Both the position numbers and the translations under genes were made by a program. A stretch of 14,414 nucleotides of DNA from Tubiluchus corallicola. Taxonomy: Eukaryota; Animalia; Priapulida. Within the stretch, counting starts at the first letter, position 1. Each line of letters starts with the position of its first letter. Shown here one piece after another: positions 1-9,729 of this stretch. The stretch covers positions 1 to 14,414 of the forward strand of contig JAQGDQ010002117.1 of assembly GCA_030141605.1 (NCBI GenBank). Reading direction: 5' to 3'. Under the pieces are notes generated by a model that did not search any database, was not told the DNA's origin, and was given only the letters and a program-made list of their open reading frames with translations.

Positions 1-377
1 CGTCTGTCGTTTCTGTTCGCCGATGACTGCCGGTAGAGGACGCTGCGACTGTTATTACTCTCCTCATTGAATTATGGTCAGCGATAAAAATTCTGGAAAA
101 TGCTCCCCTCAAGCTGTTAATCAAAGCGCCAAAGATAGGGGATAATACGCAATGACACCCAGAATCCAATAACTTTGCTTCGAACAACGCACGGGGCGGT
201 CGTTAATGAGACACTTTTCAGGAGAGATAAAGCGAGATGTTTGATATGAGTGGCTTCTTGTGTGGGATGCGTGTTATTGGAAATACGTTAATAGCGCGTT
301 CGGAGGTAGTGGCTTCCTCAAGAGCTGCTTGCATTTTACGCGGATTTATAACTAGGATATGAGTTCTGATTATTTCA

Positions 378-531
378 TTCTCTCTCTCCCTCTCTCTGCT
401 CCTCTCCCTTCGTCCTCTTTCCTTCTCCCACTTCCCTTATTGTGATTTCCCACTATTCGTTCCATCTTCCTGTTTTTCTTTCCCTCTCTCTTCGGTTTTG
501 ATTTCTACCCTAATCTCTCTCTCTCGGTCTC

Positions 532-577
<46 letters not shown>

Positions 578-585
578 ACTTTCTC

Positions 586-670
<85 letters not shown>
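378..670. repeat. (CT)n / polypyrimidine microsatellite, purest from ~513
   Basis: Directly visible CT dinucleotide tract with occasional interruptions. Confidence 0.97.
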
Positions 671-849
<179 letters not shown>

Positions 850-1134
850 GTTTCAAGCGCGTTGTACAATGTACACTCCTCTCAAATGCATTGTTACTTA
901 GAGAGAGTTGATTTTATCAGTTCTAGCGTATCAAAGGAAGTTCTGCTCATCTTAACTTTATTGCCAAGACTGCCAAGATTTCTGGTAACCGTTTTGTTTC
1001 AGAAAAAAGAGATAATTTTACTGTGATCATATTACCTTTATTCTACGCGTTATAACCATGCTGTCTGTATGTCACTACCTACAATCACACACAACACAAG
1101 CACCCTTAAATTACTGCTAAGTTACTTGAATTAC

Positions 1135-1202
1135 CTCCTGGGTAGTCTTGTCAAAGCTGCAAGCTTAGCATTAGATAAAATGTTAGCTGATGACACTCTC
1201 GT
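1135..1202 (-). CDS. Candidate small internal exon (TRVSSANILSNAKLAALTRLPR), product unknown
   Basis: Minus-strand acceptor cgtttttgttcag| and donor gag|gtaatt. 68 bp, only one frame open (phase 0 to 2). No homology recognised. Confidence 0.15.
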
Positions 1203-1750
1203 CTGAACAAAAACGATACAGCTTTCCGAACAGTTGCTACAATAGATCCTGGATAAATTGCACATCCACCAACCATACACGTGTAAGTAGAGGGCGTGGT
1301 GTCGTTTTCCTGCCTAAAGAAGTTACTTTTCAGTTACAACAGGCTGAAGTCACTTTGCGAAAACGTGTTTAGAAAGTGAACTTAAGACAAAACGTTCGCA
1401 GACGTGCTCACAATTTTTCAAGAGACTGAAAGACGGAGTACTCCATTGAGACATTTTCACGTTGAATTTGAGTTTCAATAGCTGCTGTCAGATTATTACA
1501 GTAATTTCTTTCAAAACTGGAAATCTTTTTAGTTTAGAAAAATGACTTTGTTTGTCTTTCTATGTGCTGTGATTTTATGTTCCTGGCTGTCAAACGCACA
1601 GTAATAAGTTGTTCGATGCTTGAAACAAATTTTAGTTTAGCCAGAATAAACGGTCACAAACCGCCAACTGAGTCTTTCCAGTGTCAATTTCTCCAGACGA
1701 TCCAGACTTTCAGAAAAGTTGTTTATTCAGTACTAACGATTAAATGTCAT

Positions 1751-1769
1751 CTCTCCCTTTCTCTCCCAA

Positions 1770-1815
<46 letters not shown>

Positions 1816-1863
1816 TTCTCTCCCAACTCTCCTTCTCTCTCTCTCTCTCTCTCCCTCTCTCTC

Positions 1864-1924
<61 letters not shown>

Positions 1925-2077
1925 TTCTCTCCCAACTCTCTCTCTCTCTCTCTCTCTCTCTCCCTTTCTCTCCCAACTCTCTCTCTGTCTCTCTCTCACT
2001 CTCTCTCTCTCTCTCTCATTCCCTCTCTCTCTTTCTTTCCCAACTCTCTCTCTGTTTCTCTCTCTCTCTCTCTCTCA

Positions 2078-2142
<65 letters not shown>

Positions 2143-2175
2143 CCCTCTCTCTCTTTCCCAACTCTCTCTCTCTCC

Positions 2176-2222
<47 letters not shown>
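1751..2222. repeat. (CT)n microsatellite with recurring CCCTTTCTCTCCCAACT interruption
   Basis: CT tract. The interruption recurs at ~1755, 1812, 1921 and 1962, and in degenerate form at ~2031 and ~2153. Confidence 0.97.
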
Positions 2223-2226
<4 letters not shown>

Positions 2227-2832
2227 TTTATTACTAAAATTAAACAATAGTTACTCAACTAGGCATTAATACCCGAAGCTCTCAGCATGGTAAAATCAGC
2301 AACACCGTGAATGATGGACGAGAATTTTAATGGCGTAGAAAAAGCTAGCAAGTTCAAGCGAGAAGAAGCCGATAGATTGTCTTCCCGAGAGGTCAGAAAA
2401 CAGCCGTCATATTTTCATTGCGTCCTCATGAGACATAACTGAGCAAAAATATTCACTCCATGGATATTGTAACGCTGTTACAGAGTAACACACAATATAT
2501 TCTTTCACAAAGTCAATGTCAAGGAGTATCAAGAGCTATTGAAGATTATTTTTCAATGAAAAAACTTCTACTTTTGGAGGGATTCAGCAAATTGAATGAC
2601 TGAAGTAATTCAAGAAAGTGAAGCGAACAAAAACGACTTTTGCTTCGCTTGCTTACAATAAAGATTAAGTGAAATGAACTGGACTCACTAAGACGTTTTA
2701 TAAGCAAACATATAGCTTCGTAGTTGAAATTGAAAACAGTTAGACATTTTAATGCAGTTTTTTAAACATTAGTTATGAGAAATGTGATGATTGTTAAGAG
2801 AATTTGCAATGGCGCCTGATTTCAATGGAAGT

Positions 2833-2903
2833 AGTTTAGTTTAAACATTATTTATTATAGGATTGGATGAGACAGTTTGAACAACATGATTTAGGACCCT
2901 CAC
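2833..2903 (-). mobile_element. Retroposon 3' terminus, copy a (short, 5'-truncated)
   Basis: Reverse complement matches 5076-5146 (gtgagg.tcctaaatcatgttgttcaaactgtctc.tccaatcctataataaat...tttaaactaaact). Confidence 0.8.
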
Positions 2904-2939
2904 TGAAGTTGTTATTATTCGGAAAAGATGAATTTAACT

Positions 2940-3672
<733 letters not shown>

Positions 3673-3675
3673 AGT

Positions 3676-3757
3676 AGACTGTTGTGGTGACGATCCTAAA
3701 TCATGTTGTTCAAACTGTCTGATCCAATCCTATAATAAATTACGTCTAAACTAAACT
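3676..3757 (+). mobile_element. Retroposon 3' terminus, copy c
   Basis: Matches 5065-5146 and ends in aataaa...taaactaaact. Confidence 0.8.
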
Positions 3758-4089
3758 TATCTTAGCAAACTTAAGTGCAAACAATTTCAATTTCATTTCT
3801 TAAGGAAATAATTTGAGTGCAAAACGCAAATACAAACGTTTGCTTAACAGTTTTTTTACAGAAATCGATGTTGGTCCACTTAATATCATGTAGAAATATT
3901 AGATGCCCATCCGTACCGTCATACCGTAAACAAAGACAGAAATCGCCATATTCGGGTATATTTTACTTTTGGGTTGGAGTACTGCTCCATTGAAAAAAAA
4001 ACTGCGTTGGACTACTCTTCCTCCGAGGCCCTGTAGGCACTATGTGGTCCCATTTGCTTAATGGTTAATCCTGTGTAGCCGCAGAGAGA

Positions 4090-4265
4090 TTTGTGTCTTA
4101 ATTTACAAACAGCAAGGGTCCCAGAACAGCACCCTGAGGGTAACTTGTGATGTGCTTGTATATGAACCGTATCAAACTCAAGTGGAGTATTTAGCTATTC
4201 ATTTAGGTAGGTTATCCAGCTACAGAGTTTGTAAGAAACCGTTAAATGGCCAAAATTATATAAAT
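4090..4265 (-). pseudogene. Decayed non-LTR (CR1/L2/Jockey-like) reverse transcriptase fragment
   Basis: 4139-4107 on minus translates to PQGAVLGPLLF, matching the LINE RT motif GVPQGSVLGPLLF. Upstream LYNFG...KLCSWITYLN resembles the preceding KL..YG....L.WI..YL..R block. Stop codons are present. Confidence 0.7.
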
Positions 4266-4536
4266 TACTCAGTCTGAGTAAGTAAGTAAGTAAGCCAGTG
4301 CCGATATGCAATGGCTTCGTAATGGATCGAACCATCACAATGTAGGGGGGGGGGGGTCGACAATAATTGGCATTCCGGCTCCGTAACAATACGTTTGATT
4401 TCGAGTACCAACACGCCAAATTAGAAAATATCAGTTTTCTGGCCATCCCACACGGTAACACCTTTTTTCAGAGCAAAAATTGTTGAAAAAGTGTTGAAAA
4501 GGTGTGATTTATCAGTGTAAATTCAAAGTATACATT

Positions 4537-5145
4537 GGAATGTTGCTAACTGTAAAATATTCCAATATATACATGACTTTACATTACGTACTAAACGCTT
4601 CCAGTAGTTTCTATCTGATATAAAATGCATCATTCTTAAATAATCGTACATTAATATTTTCTAACCGTCATTTTCTACTAATGTCTAATGTAATCTTGCA
4701 GTAAAACTTGTCAGCTTGTGTAGTTGTAGTCTATTCTTACTGTAAATGTTACTAATGTCTAATGTAATCTTGTAGTAAAACTTGTCAGCTTGTGTAGTTA
4801 TAGTCTATTCTTACTGTAAATGTTACTAATGTCTAATGTAATCTTGTTGTAAAACTTGGCAGCTTGTGTGGTTATAGTCTATTCTTACTGTAAATGTTAC
4901 TAATATCTAATGTAATCTTGTAGTAAAACTTGTCAGTTTGTGTAGTTGTAGTCTATTCTTACCGTAAATGTTACTAATATCTAATGTAATCTTGTAGTAA
5001 AACTTGTCAGCTTGTGTAATTATAGTCTATTCTTACGGTAAATGTTTTTGTAAATAGTGTATAAAGTCTGTTGTGGTGAGGATCCTAAATCATGTTGTTC
5101 AAACTGTCTCGTCCAATCCTATAATAAATTAAGTTTAAACTAAAC
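4537..5145 (+). mobile_element. Retroposon copy d (LINE 3'UTR-like, AATAAA + (AAACT)n tail) with 19-bp TSD
   Basis: Flanked by taaattcaaagtatacatt (4518-4536) and taaatttaaagtacacatt (5146-5164), 17/19 identical. Homologous to copies a, b, c and e. Confidence 0.85.
4676..5045 (+). repeat. 74-bp tandem repeat, 5 copies, inside retroposon copy d
   Basis: Unit tactaatgtctaatgtaatcttgtagtaaaacttgtcagcttgtgtagttatagtctattcttactgtaaatgt starts at 4676, 4750, 4824, 4898 and 4972. Confidence 0.97.
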
Positions 5146-5300
5146 TAAATTTAAAGTACACATTACATAATTGATTTTTTTTAATTATCAGTAAGTTAAT
5201 TACCATCCAATCGACCCAGATTAGGTCAACACTGAAGTTACTCATTTATTAGTTTATCGATTGACTTACAAGCGAATTAAGACTAAAGTCTTGATCACTG

Positions 5301-5426
5301 ATTGAATACGTCACAGTGCAGAGTAAACAGCAACGCCAGGAACAAACAACCGATCAATGTAATATTGAATACGTCAGTGCAGAGTAAACAGCAACGCCAG
5401 GCACAAACAACCGATCAATGTAATAT
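5301..5426. repeat. 63-bp tandem duplication
   Basis: attgaatacgtca(ca)gtgcagagtaaacagcaacgccagg.acaaacaaccgatcaatgtaat at 5301 and 5364. One 2-bp indel and one substitution. Confidence 0.95.
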
Positions 5427-5791
5427 AGATTTCCTTTACTTCATAACACACATCCTGCCAAAGGGTTTATAGCTTCTTACTAACGTTTGCGGGGCGTGAA
5501 AATAATTACGTCGATCGGTACTGTAAAGTAATTTTAGCTGTCGAAAGTGCCATGTTTTAGAGACAAAAAACTTTGCTTAAAATTAATTTGCAGCTGTGTC
5601 ACTGCAGAATGCGTGACAAATCATCAGCAGCTGTTTTCAGATCGAATGCAGCTGTCTTAAGTGTTTCATTCATCTCTCCTATTACTGAATAAAAACTTAC
5701 ATCCTTCTAATTCAGTTTAAAATCAACTGAATGAGGAAAATGCAGAGGAAGATTTTTGTTAATTAGTTAATTAGCCTAATAGAGGAAAGAC

Positions 5792-5899
5792 AACTACGGC
5801 CATATCACGTTGAAAACGCCGGTTCTCGTCTGATCACCGAAGTTAAGCAACGTAGAGCCTGTTTAGTGCTTGGACGGGTGATCGCCTAGGAATACCAGG
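5792..5899 (+). rRNA. 5S rRNA-like sequence (SINE head lacking the 5S 3' end, probably not a functional rRNA gene)
   Basis: actacggccatatcacgttgaaaacgccggttctcgtctgatcaccgaagttaagcaacg...ttggacgggtgatcgcctaggaataccagg matches invertebrate 5S rRNA. Box A at ~5841-5852, box C at ~5870-5886. Confidence 0.8.
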
Positions 5900-6150
5900 A
5901 TGCCCACACTGTATCTCACACTAGGCGGAGGAGCTGCACAAGCAGCCAATGGCTAGAGGACGGAGGAGGTCAAGTGACCCAATGGCCATGTGTACAGGAG
6001 TAAACTTTCCAAATCAGGAGTGGAGCCCCGAAGGCGGACCAGTGCAGCATGCTCACTGACTCCGGCAGCTCCTGCAGCCAACCTGGTGCCAAACGTATCG
6101 CTCTGCTTTCCTGTGGACTACACCAGGGAGGAAGAGAGGGGGAACCTGTT
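5792..6150 (+). mobile_element. 5S rRNA-derived SINE (SINE3), 3'-truncated copy
   Basis: 5S-like head followed by a ~250-bp body about 93% identical (hand count) to the reverse complement of 7159-7411. Confidence 0.88.
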
Positions 6151-6616
6151 TTTTCAACAGATAAATGACGTCATTGGAGGAACAACGAGCATTCAAAATG
6201 GCAGCGCCCAAGCACGAACGACGTCATTGGAGGAAGAACGAACATTCAAAATGGCAGCGCCCAAGCACGAACGACGTCATCGGAGGAAGAGCGAACATTC
6301 AAAATGGCAGCACCCAAGCACGAACGACGTCATCGGAGGAAGAACGAGCGTTCAAAATGGGAGCGCCTAAGCACGAATGACGTCATCGGAGGAAGAACGA
6401 GCGTTCAAAATGGCAGCGCCCTAGCATGAGCTACGTCATTGGAGGAAGAATAAGCGTTCAAAATGGCATCGCCCAAGCACGAAATGATCGCGATTGTAAA
6501 GTGATTTTGCTAACTAAACGAGACGCCTATCACACTTTTATTACAAATTCCTTCTAACATTTTTTATAAACTTTAAAATAAGTCTAACTTTCCAGAAGGC
6601 TTGACGTTTCCTTTAA
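6151..6616. mobile_element. Possible one-ended Kolobok-like DNA transposon remnant containing the 53-bp array
   Basis: Ends in ...gacgtttcct|TTAA (6613-6616), fitting the Kolobok RR..YY termini with TTAA TSD. No matching left TIR was found in the window. Confidence 0.25.
6167..6484. repeat. 53-bp minisatellite, 6 copies
   Basis: Unit gacgtcatYggaggaagaacgagcRttcaaaatggcagcgcccaagcacgaac with period 53 (6167, 6220, ...). Confidence 0.97.
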
Positions 6617-6991
6617 CAAGATCGAACAGCAACTTTATTACTTACTATATTATTATTTACATATATAATTGATATTACATTGACGTCATCAACACGAGCC
6701 TGTACTTTAAGTTTTAATTGTACCCTCCAGCCTCCGCCTACTCAAGAAGAGGGCAGGAAAATTGATGGAGTGGAGCTCTATAAACGTAAGAGATTACAAT
6801 CTTACGCGTAATTTTTGATAATTTTTGCGAAAGCTTGTTTTTCCATATTATATCCGGTGGTGCAAAAAATGAGCCTGAGTTTTTATCACGATATTGCAGG
6901 AAGAAGCATGAAAATCACCATATTTACTATACTTCAGTATGATACGAAAAATCATCATTTTTAACTATGATGTAAATCATTGCGATTAATG

Positions 6992-7541
6992 GTTGGCATC
7001 CTTCTGTCTCGGAAGACAATGGAGTGTGCGCCAAGAGAGTCACTTATTGATCACATTGATGGAGCTGCAGCGTCGACTGTGGCTGAGCAGTGCGATCCTT
7101 GTACGTCTCCAGGGTGCACGCCTGGGCAAGATGTATGGAGATCCTGAGTTGCCCACACAACAGGAACCCCCTCTCTTCCTCCCTGGTATAGTCCAAAGGA
7201 AAGCGGAGCGATACGTTTGGCACCAGGTTGGCTGCGGGAGCTGCCGGAGTCAGTGAGCATGCTGCACTGGTCCACCTTCGGGGTTCCACACCCTGATTTG
7301 GAAGGTTTACTCCTCTACACATGGCCGTTGGGTCACTTGACGTCCTCCGCCCTCTAGCCATTGGCTGCTTGTGCAGCTCCTCCGCCTAGTGTCGAAATAC
7401 AGTGTGGGCATCCCGCAAACCTACAGCACCTGGTATTCTTAAGCGGTCACCCATCCAAGTACTAACCAGTACAAACCTCTATGTTGCTTAACTTCGGTGA
7501 TCAGACGAAAACCGGTGTTTGCAACGTGATATGGCGTAGTC
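6992..7541 (-). mobile_element. Full-length 5S-headed SINE with RTE-derived tail (probably bipartite RTE body)
   Basis: 5S head at 7541-7417, body at 7416-7100. Tail 7099-7040 translates RIALLSHSRRCSSINVINK*, like the RTE ORF C-terminal (S)RIGLxSHxRxC motif, and ends ccattgtcttccgagacagaaggatgccaac. Weak TSD attaaYg (6985-6991 / 7544-7550). Confidence 0.9.
7417..7541 (-). rRNA. 5S rRNA-like sequence (SINE head, probably non-functional)
   Basis: Reverse complement gactacgccatatcacgttgcaaacaccggttttcgtctgatcaccgaagttaagcaac...ggttagtacttggatgggtgaccgc...aataccaggtgctgtaggttt. Small insertion, and only T3 at the 5S 3' end. Confidence 0.82.
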
Positions 7542-7694
7542 AAATTAACGCAATAGCATGAAATTTGCCATATTTACTATACTTCAGAATAGGATATTGT
7601 ACGAAAAATCATCATTTTTACCTTCATGGTAAATATGATAAAAAGTTACAAGTCGGAACATGAAAGTAAAGCCTTGCGATTAATTATGTAATTA

Positions 7695-8249
7695 GTTTTA
7701 GTTTAAACATAATTTATTTAGGATTGGATCAGACAGTTTGAACAACATGATACAGGATCCTCACCACAACAGACTTTATACACTATTTACAAAAACATTT
7801 ACAGTAAGAATAGACTATAACTACACAAGCTGACAAGTTTTACTGCAAGATTACATTAGACATTAGTAACATTTACAGTAAGAATAGACTATAACTACAC
7901 AAGCTGACAAGTTTTACTGCAAGATTACATTAGACATTAGTAACATTTACAGTAAGAATTAACTATTACTACACAAGCTGACAAGTTTTACTACAAGATT
8001 ACATTAGACATTAGTAACATTTACAGTAAGAATAGACTATAACTACACAAGCTGACAAGTTTTACTGCAAGATTACATTAGACATTAGTAACATTTACAG
8101 TAAGAATTAACTATTACTACACAAGCTGACAAGTTTTACTACAAGATTACATTAGACATTAGTAACATTTACAGTAAGAATAGACTATAACTACACAAGC
8201 TGACAAGTTTTACTAACTATTCTACAAACTAATGACAAGTTCTACTAAC
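7695..8249 (-). mobile_element. Retroposon copy e, 5'-truncated within the array, with 14-bp TSD
   Basis: Reverse complement of copy d. Perfect direct repeat taattatgtaatta at 7681-7694 and 8250-8263. Confidence 0.88.
7795..8215 (-). repeat. 74-bp tandem repeat, ~5.7 copies
   Basis: Units at 7795, 7869, 7943, 8017, 8091 and 8165. Reverse complement of the 4676-5045 unit. Confidence 0.97.
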
Positions 8250-9638
8250 TAATTATGTAATTAATATTGACATTATTCCTCTACCAACAACAGGGATTTA
8301 CTAAGTATCTTGTACCAGCAAAATTCACAAGGATTCTGCAGTTTCCCGTTTAAATTACAGCGATTTCATCTTCCCTGGGATTCTCACAGGAGTACTCGGC
8401 CTAATTAAAACGTGTTTTCTCACATCCCGTGATATTTCAATTAGACGATTTTGCGTGATGTGAAACAATCTGAGTTTCCTAACGATTTACCGAGTTTATG
8501 ATATTGAAACGTCCTTCTTTTGGGACTGTGACAGATACATTTCAGATAGTTAATGATGATGGTGATGGTAATGATGATTATAGTGATGACGGTAGTGATC
8601 GATTGTCTATCTGGACGTCGGAAGCGTGAATATGCGTCGGTCGCTTTCATCCGTTACAGAATGACAAAGAAAATAATTACAAATACAGTGCAGTGTTGAG
8701 ATGCTAGCACAAACAGTAAATTATCCAATTTATCCTGGAGACCTTCCAGGGGAAAAGAGTTACCATCGCCATACGGATGTTTGTTTATTGTACAACTATT
8801 TCATACAAATAAACAATATGTCAGCTACAAATAAATAAAACAGGTTAAAGCAGAATCGAAACCCAATCTTAAACTGCAGGTCAAAACAATTTATTCTTTA
8901 AAATATTGAAAGGAAACATACCATTTTTTCAATAATGGGTTACGTGAAATAATTATTACGACACAAACACAATTTCACGTTCGCGCCACTAGTTCTTCAC
9001 TGATGCATGCATTTCGCCATTCGCTAATTAGACGGGCACTAGCGCCTGCATTTGTTAGTTTGCAGCATTGCGCAAAAACCAGGTGCTGTACCTCTTAGTT
9101 CAGATGTGTTCGTTTGTGACGTACTGCACACGTTCGACACTTCACGCGTGAGCACAGCGGTAAATTTGGAAATTTGAATTTTCGTTTTAAAACTTGCCTA
9201 GTTTTAGTACAACACACTGAATATCTTACAGTAGCACTGTAATTCAACTTTCTCTTTCGCAAACACATGCAACACGCCCGTGGAATATTTTTGATGTTGA
9301 AAATTATGTTAGTTTGTGATGTTGTCAATAGTTTGACTCGCCCACCGCTAATTAAGTTTTTAATTTATTATTTTATTATAAGAAATACTTTTACAATATT
9401 AATAGTGTTAAAATGTATACTTTTTACAGGACTTGAAAATGGGGTAGTATATGAAAAATCATCCTGTCTTTCTTTAAAGAAAAGGACGTTTCTTTTCTGA
9501 ACCTGAAAATGCCTTAATTAGAAAGTAAACAAATTTTAGTAACAATTATTGTTAATCAACAGTTTAACATTTCAGGGAGTGCAGGCTAAACCGAGAAGAG
9601 CAAGCAAATATGAGTGCACCTGTAATCAGATTTCTTAC

Positions 9639-9729
9639 CTGCATGAAGGCAGCTATCAAAATCAGTCTGAATGGCAATTCCATGTTCAAGAATTCTCTCT
9701 GTTTACGCCCGACTTGTTCCGGGATAAAT
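9639..9729 (-). CDS. Candidate exon (FIPEQVGRKQREFLNMELPFRLILIAAFMQ), product unknown
   Basis: Strong acceptor tttcctgctttttcttgcag| and strong donor cag|gtaaga on minus. 91 bp with one open frame. Internal aacATGg is in good Kozak context. Confidence 0.35.

Noticed and set aside
60-240. Cluster of GATA-like motifs as an enhancer
   Set aside because: Short motifs are expected by chance in AT-rich DNA, and no conservation data are available.
1187-1215. Hammerhead ribozyme core (CTGATGA)
   Set aside because: No properly placed stem II plus GAAA, and no flanking helices.
4020-4072. Possible hAT-type MITE end (gcttaatggttaatcctg)
   Set aside because: Only a vague resemblance, with no partner TIR or 8-bp TSD found.
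4676-5045. CRISPR-like regular array (also 6167-6484, 7795-8215, 11630-12380)
   Set aside because: Units are contiguous near-identical repeats with no unique spacers. There are no cas genes and the context is eukaryotic.
5900-6150. HDV-like ribozyme, known from some RTE 5'UTRs
   Set aside because: I could not assemble the P1/P1.1/P2/P3/P4 nested pseudoknot by eye. A descriptor search would be needed.
5990-7361. ORFs 5990-6370, 6165-6380, 6993-7256, 7044-7361 and 7051-7275
   Set aside because: They run through the SINE body and the 53-bp array. The only meaningful peptide (the RTE C-terminal motif, 7099-7040) is in another frame.
5792-7541. Functional 5S rDNA cluster
   Set aside because: The copies are inverted rather than tandem, carry indels and substitutions, and lack a T4+ terminator at the 5S end. 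The full copy continues into a LINE-derived tail.
8764-8824. Minus-strand exon-like segment (also 1036-1078)
   Set aside because: Splice-like signals are present but all three frames contain stops. The segment also holds only a short AT-rich hairpin (8781-8816).
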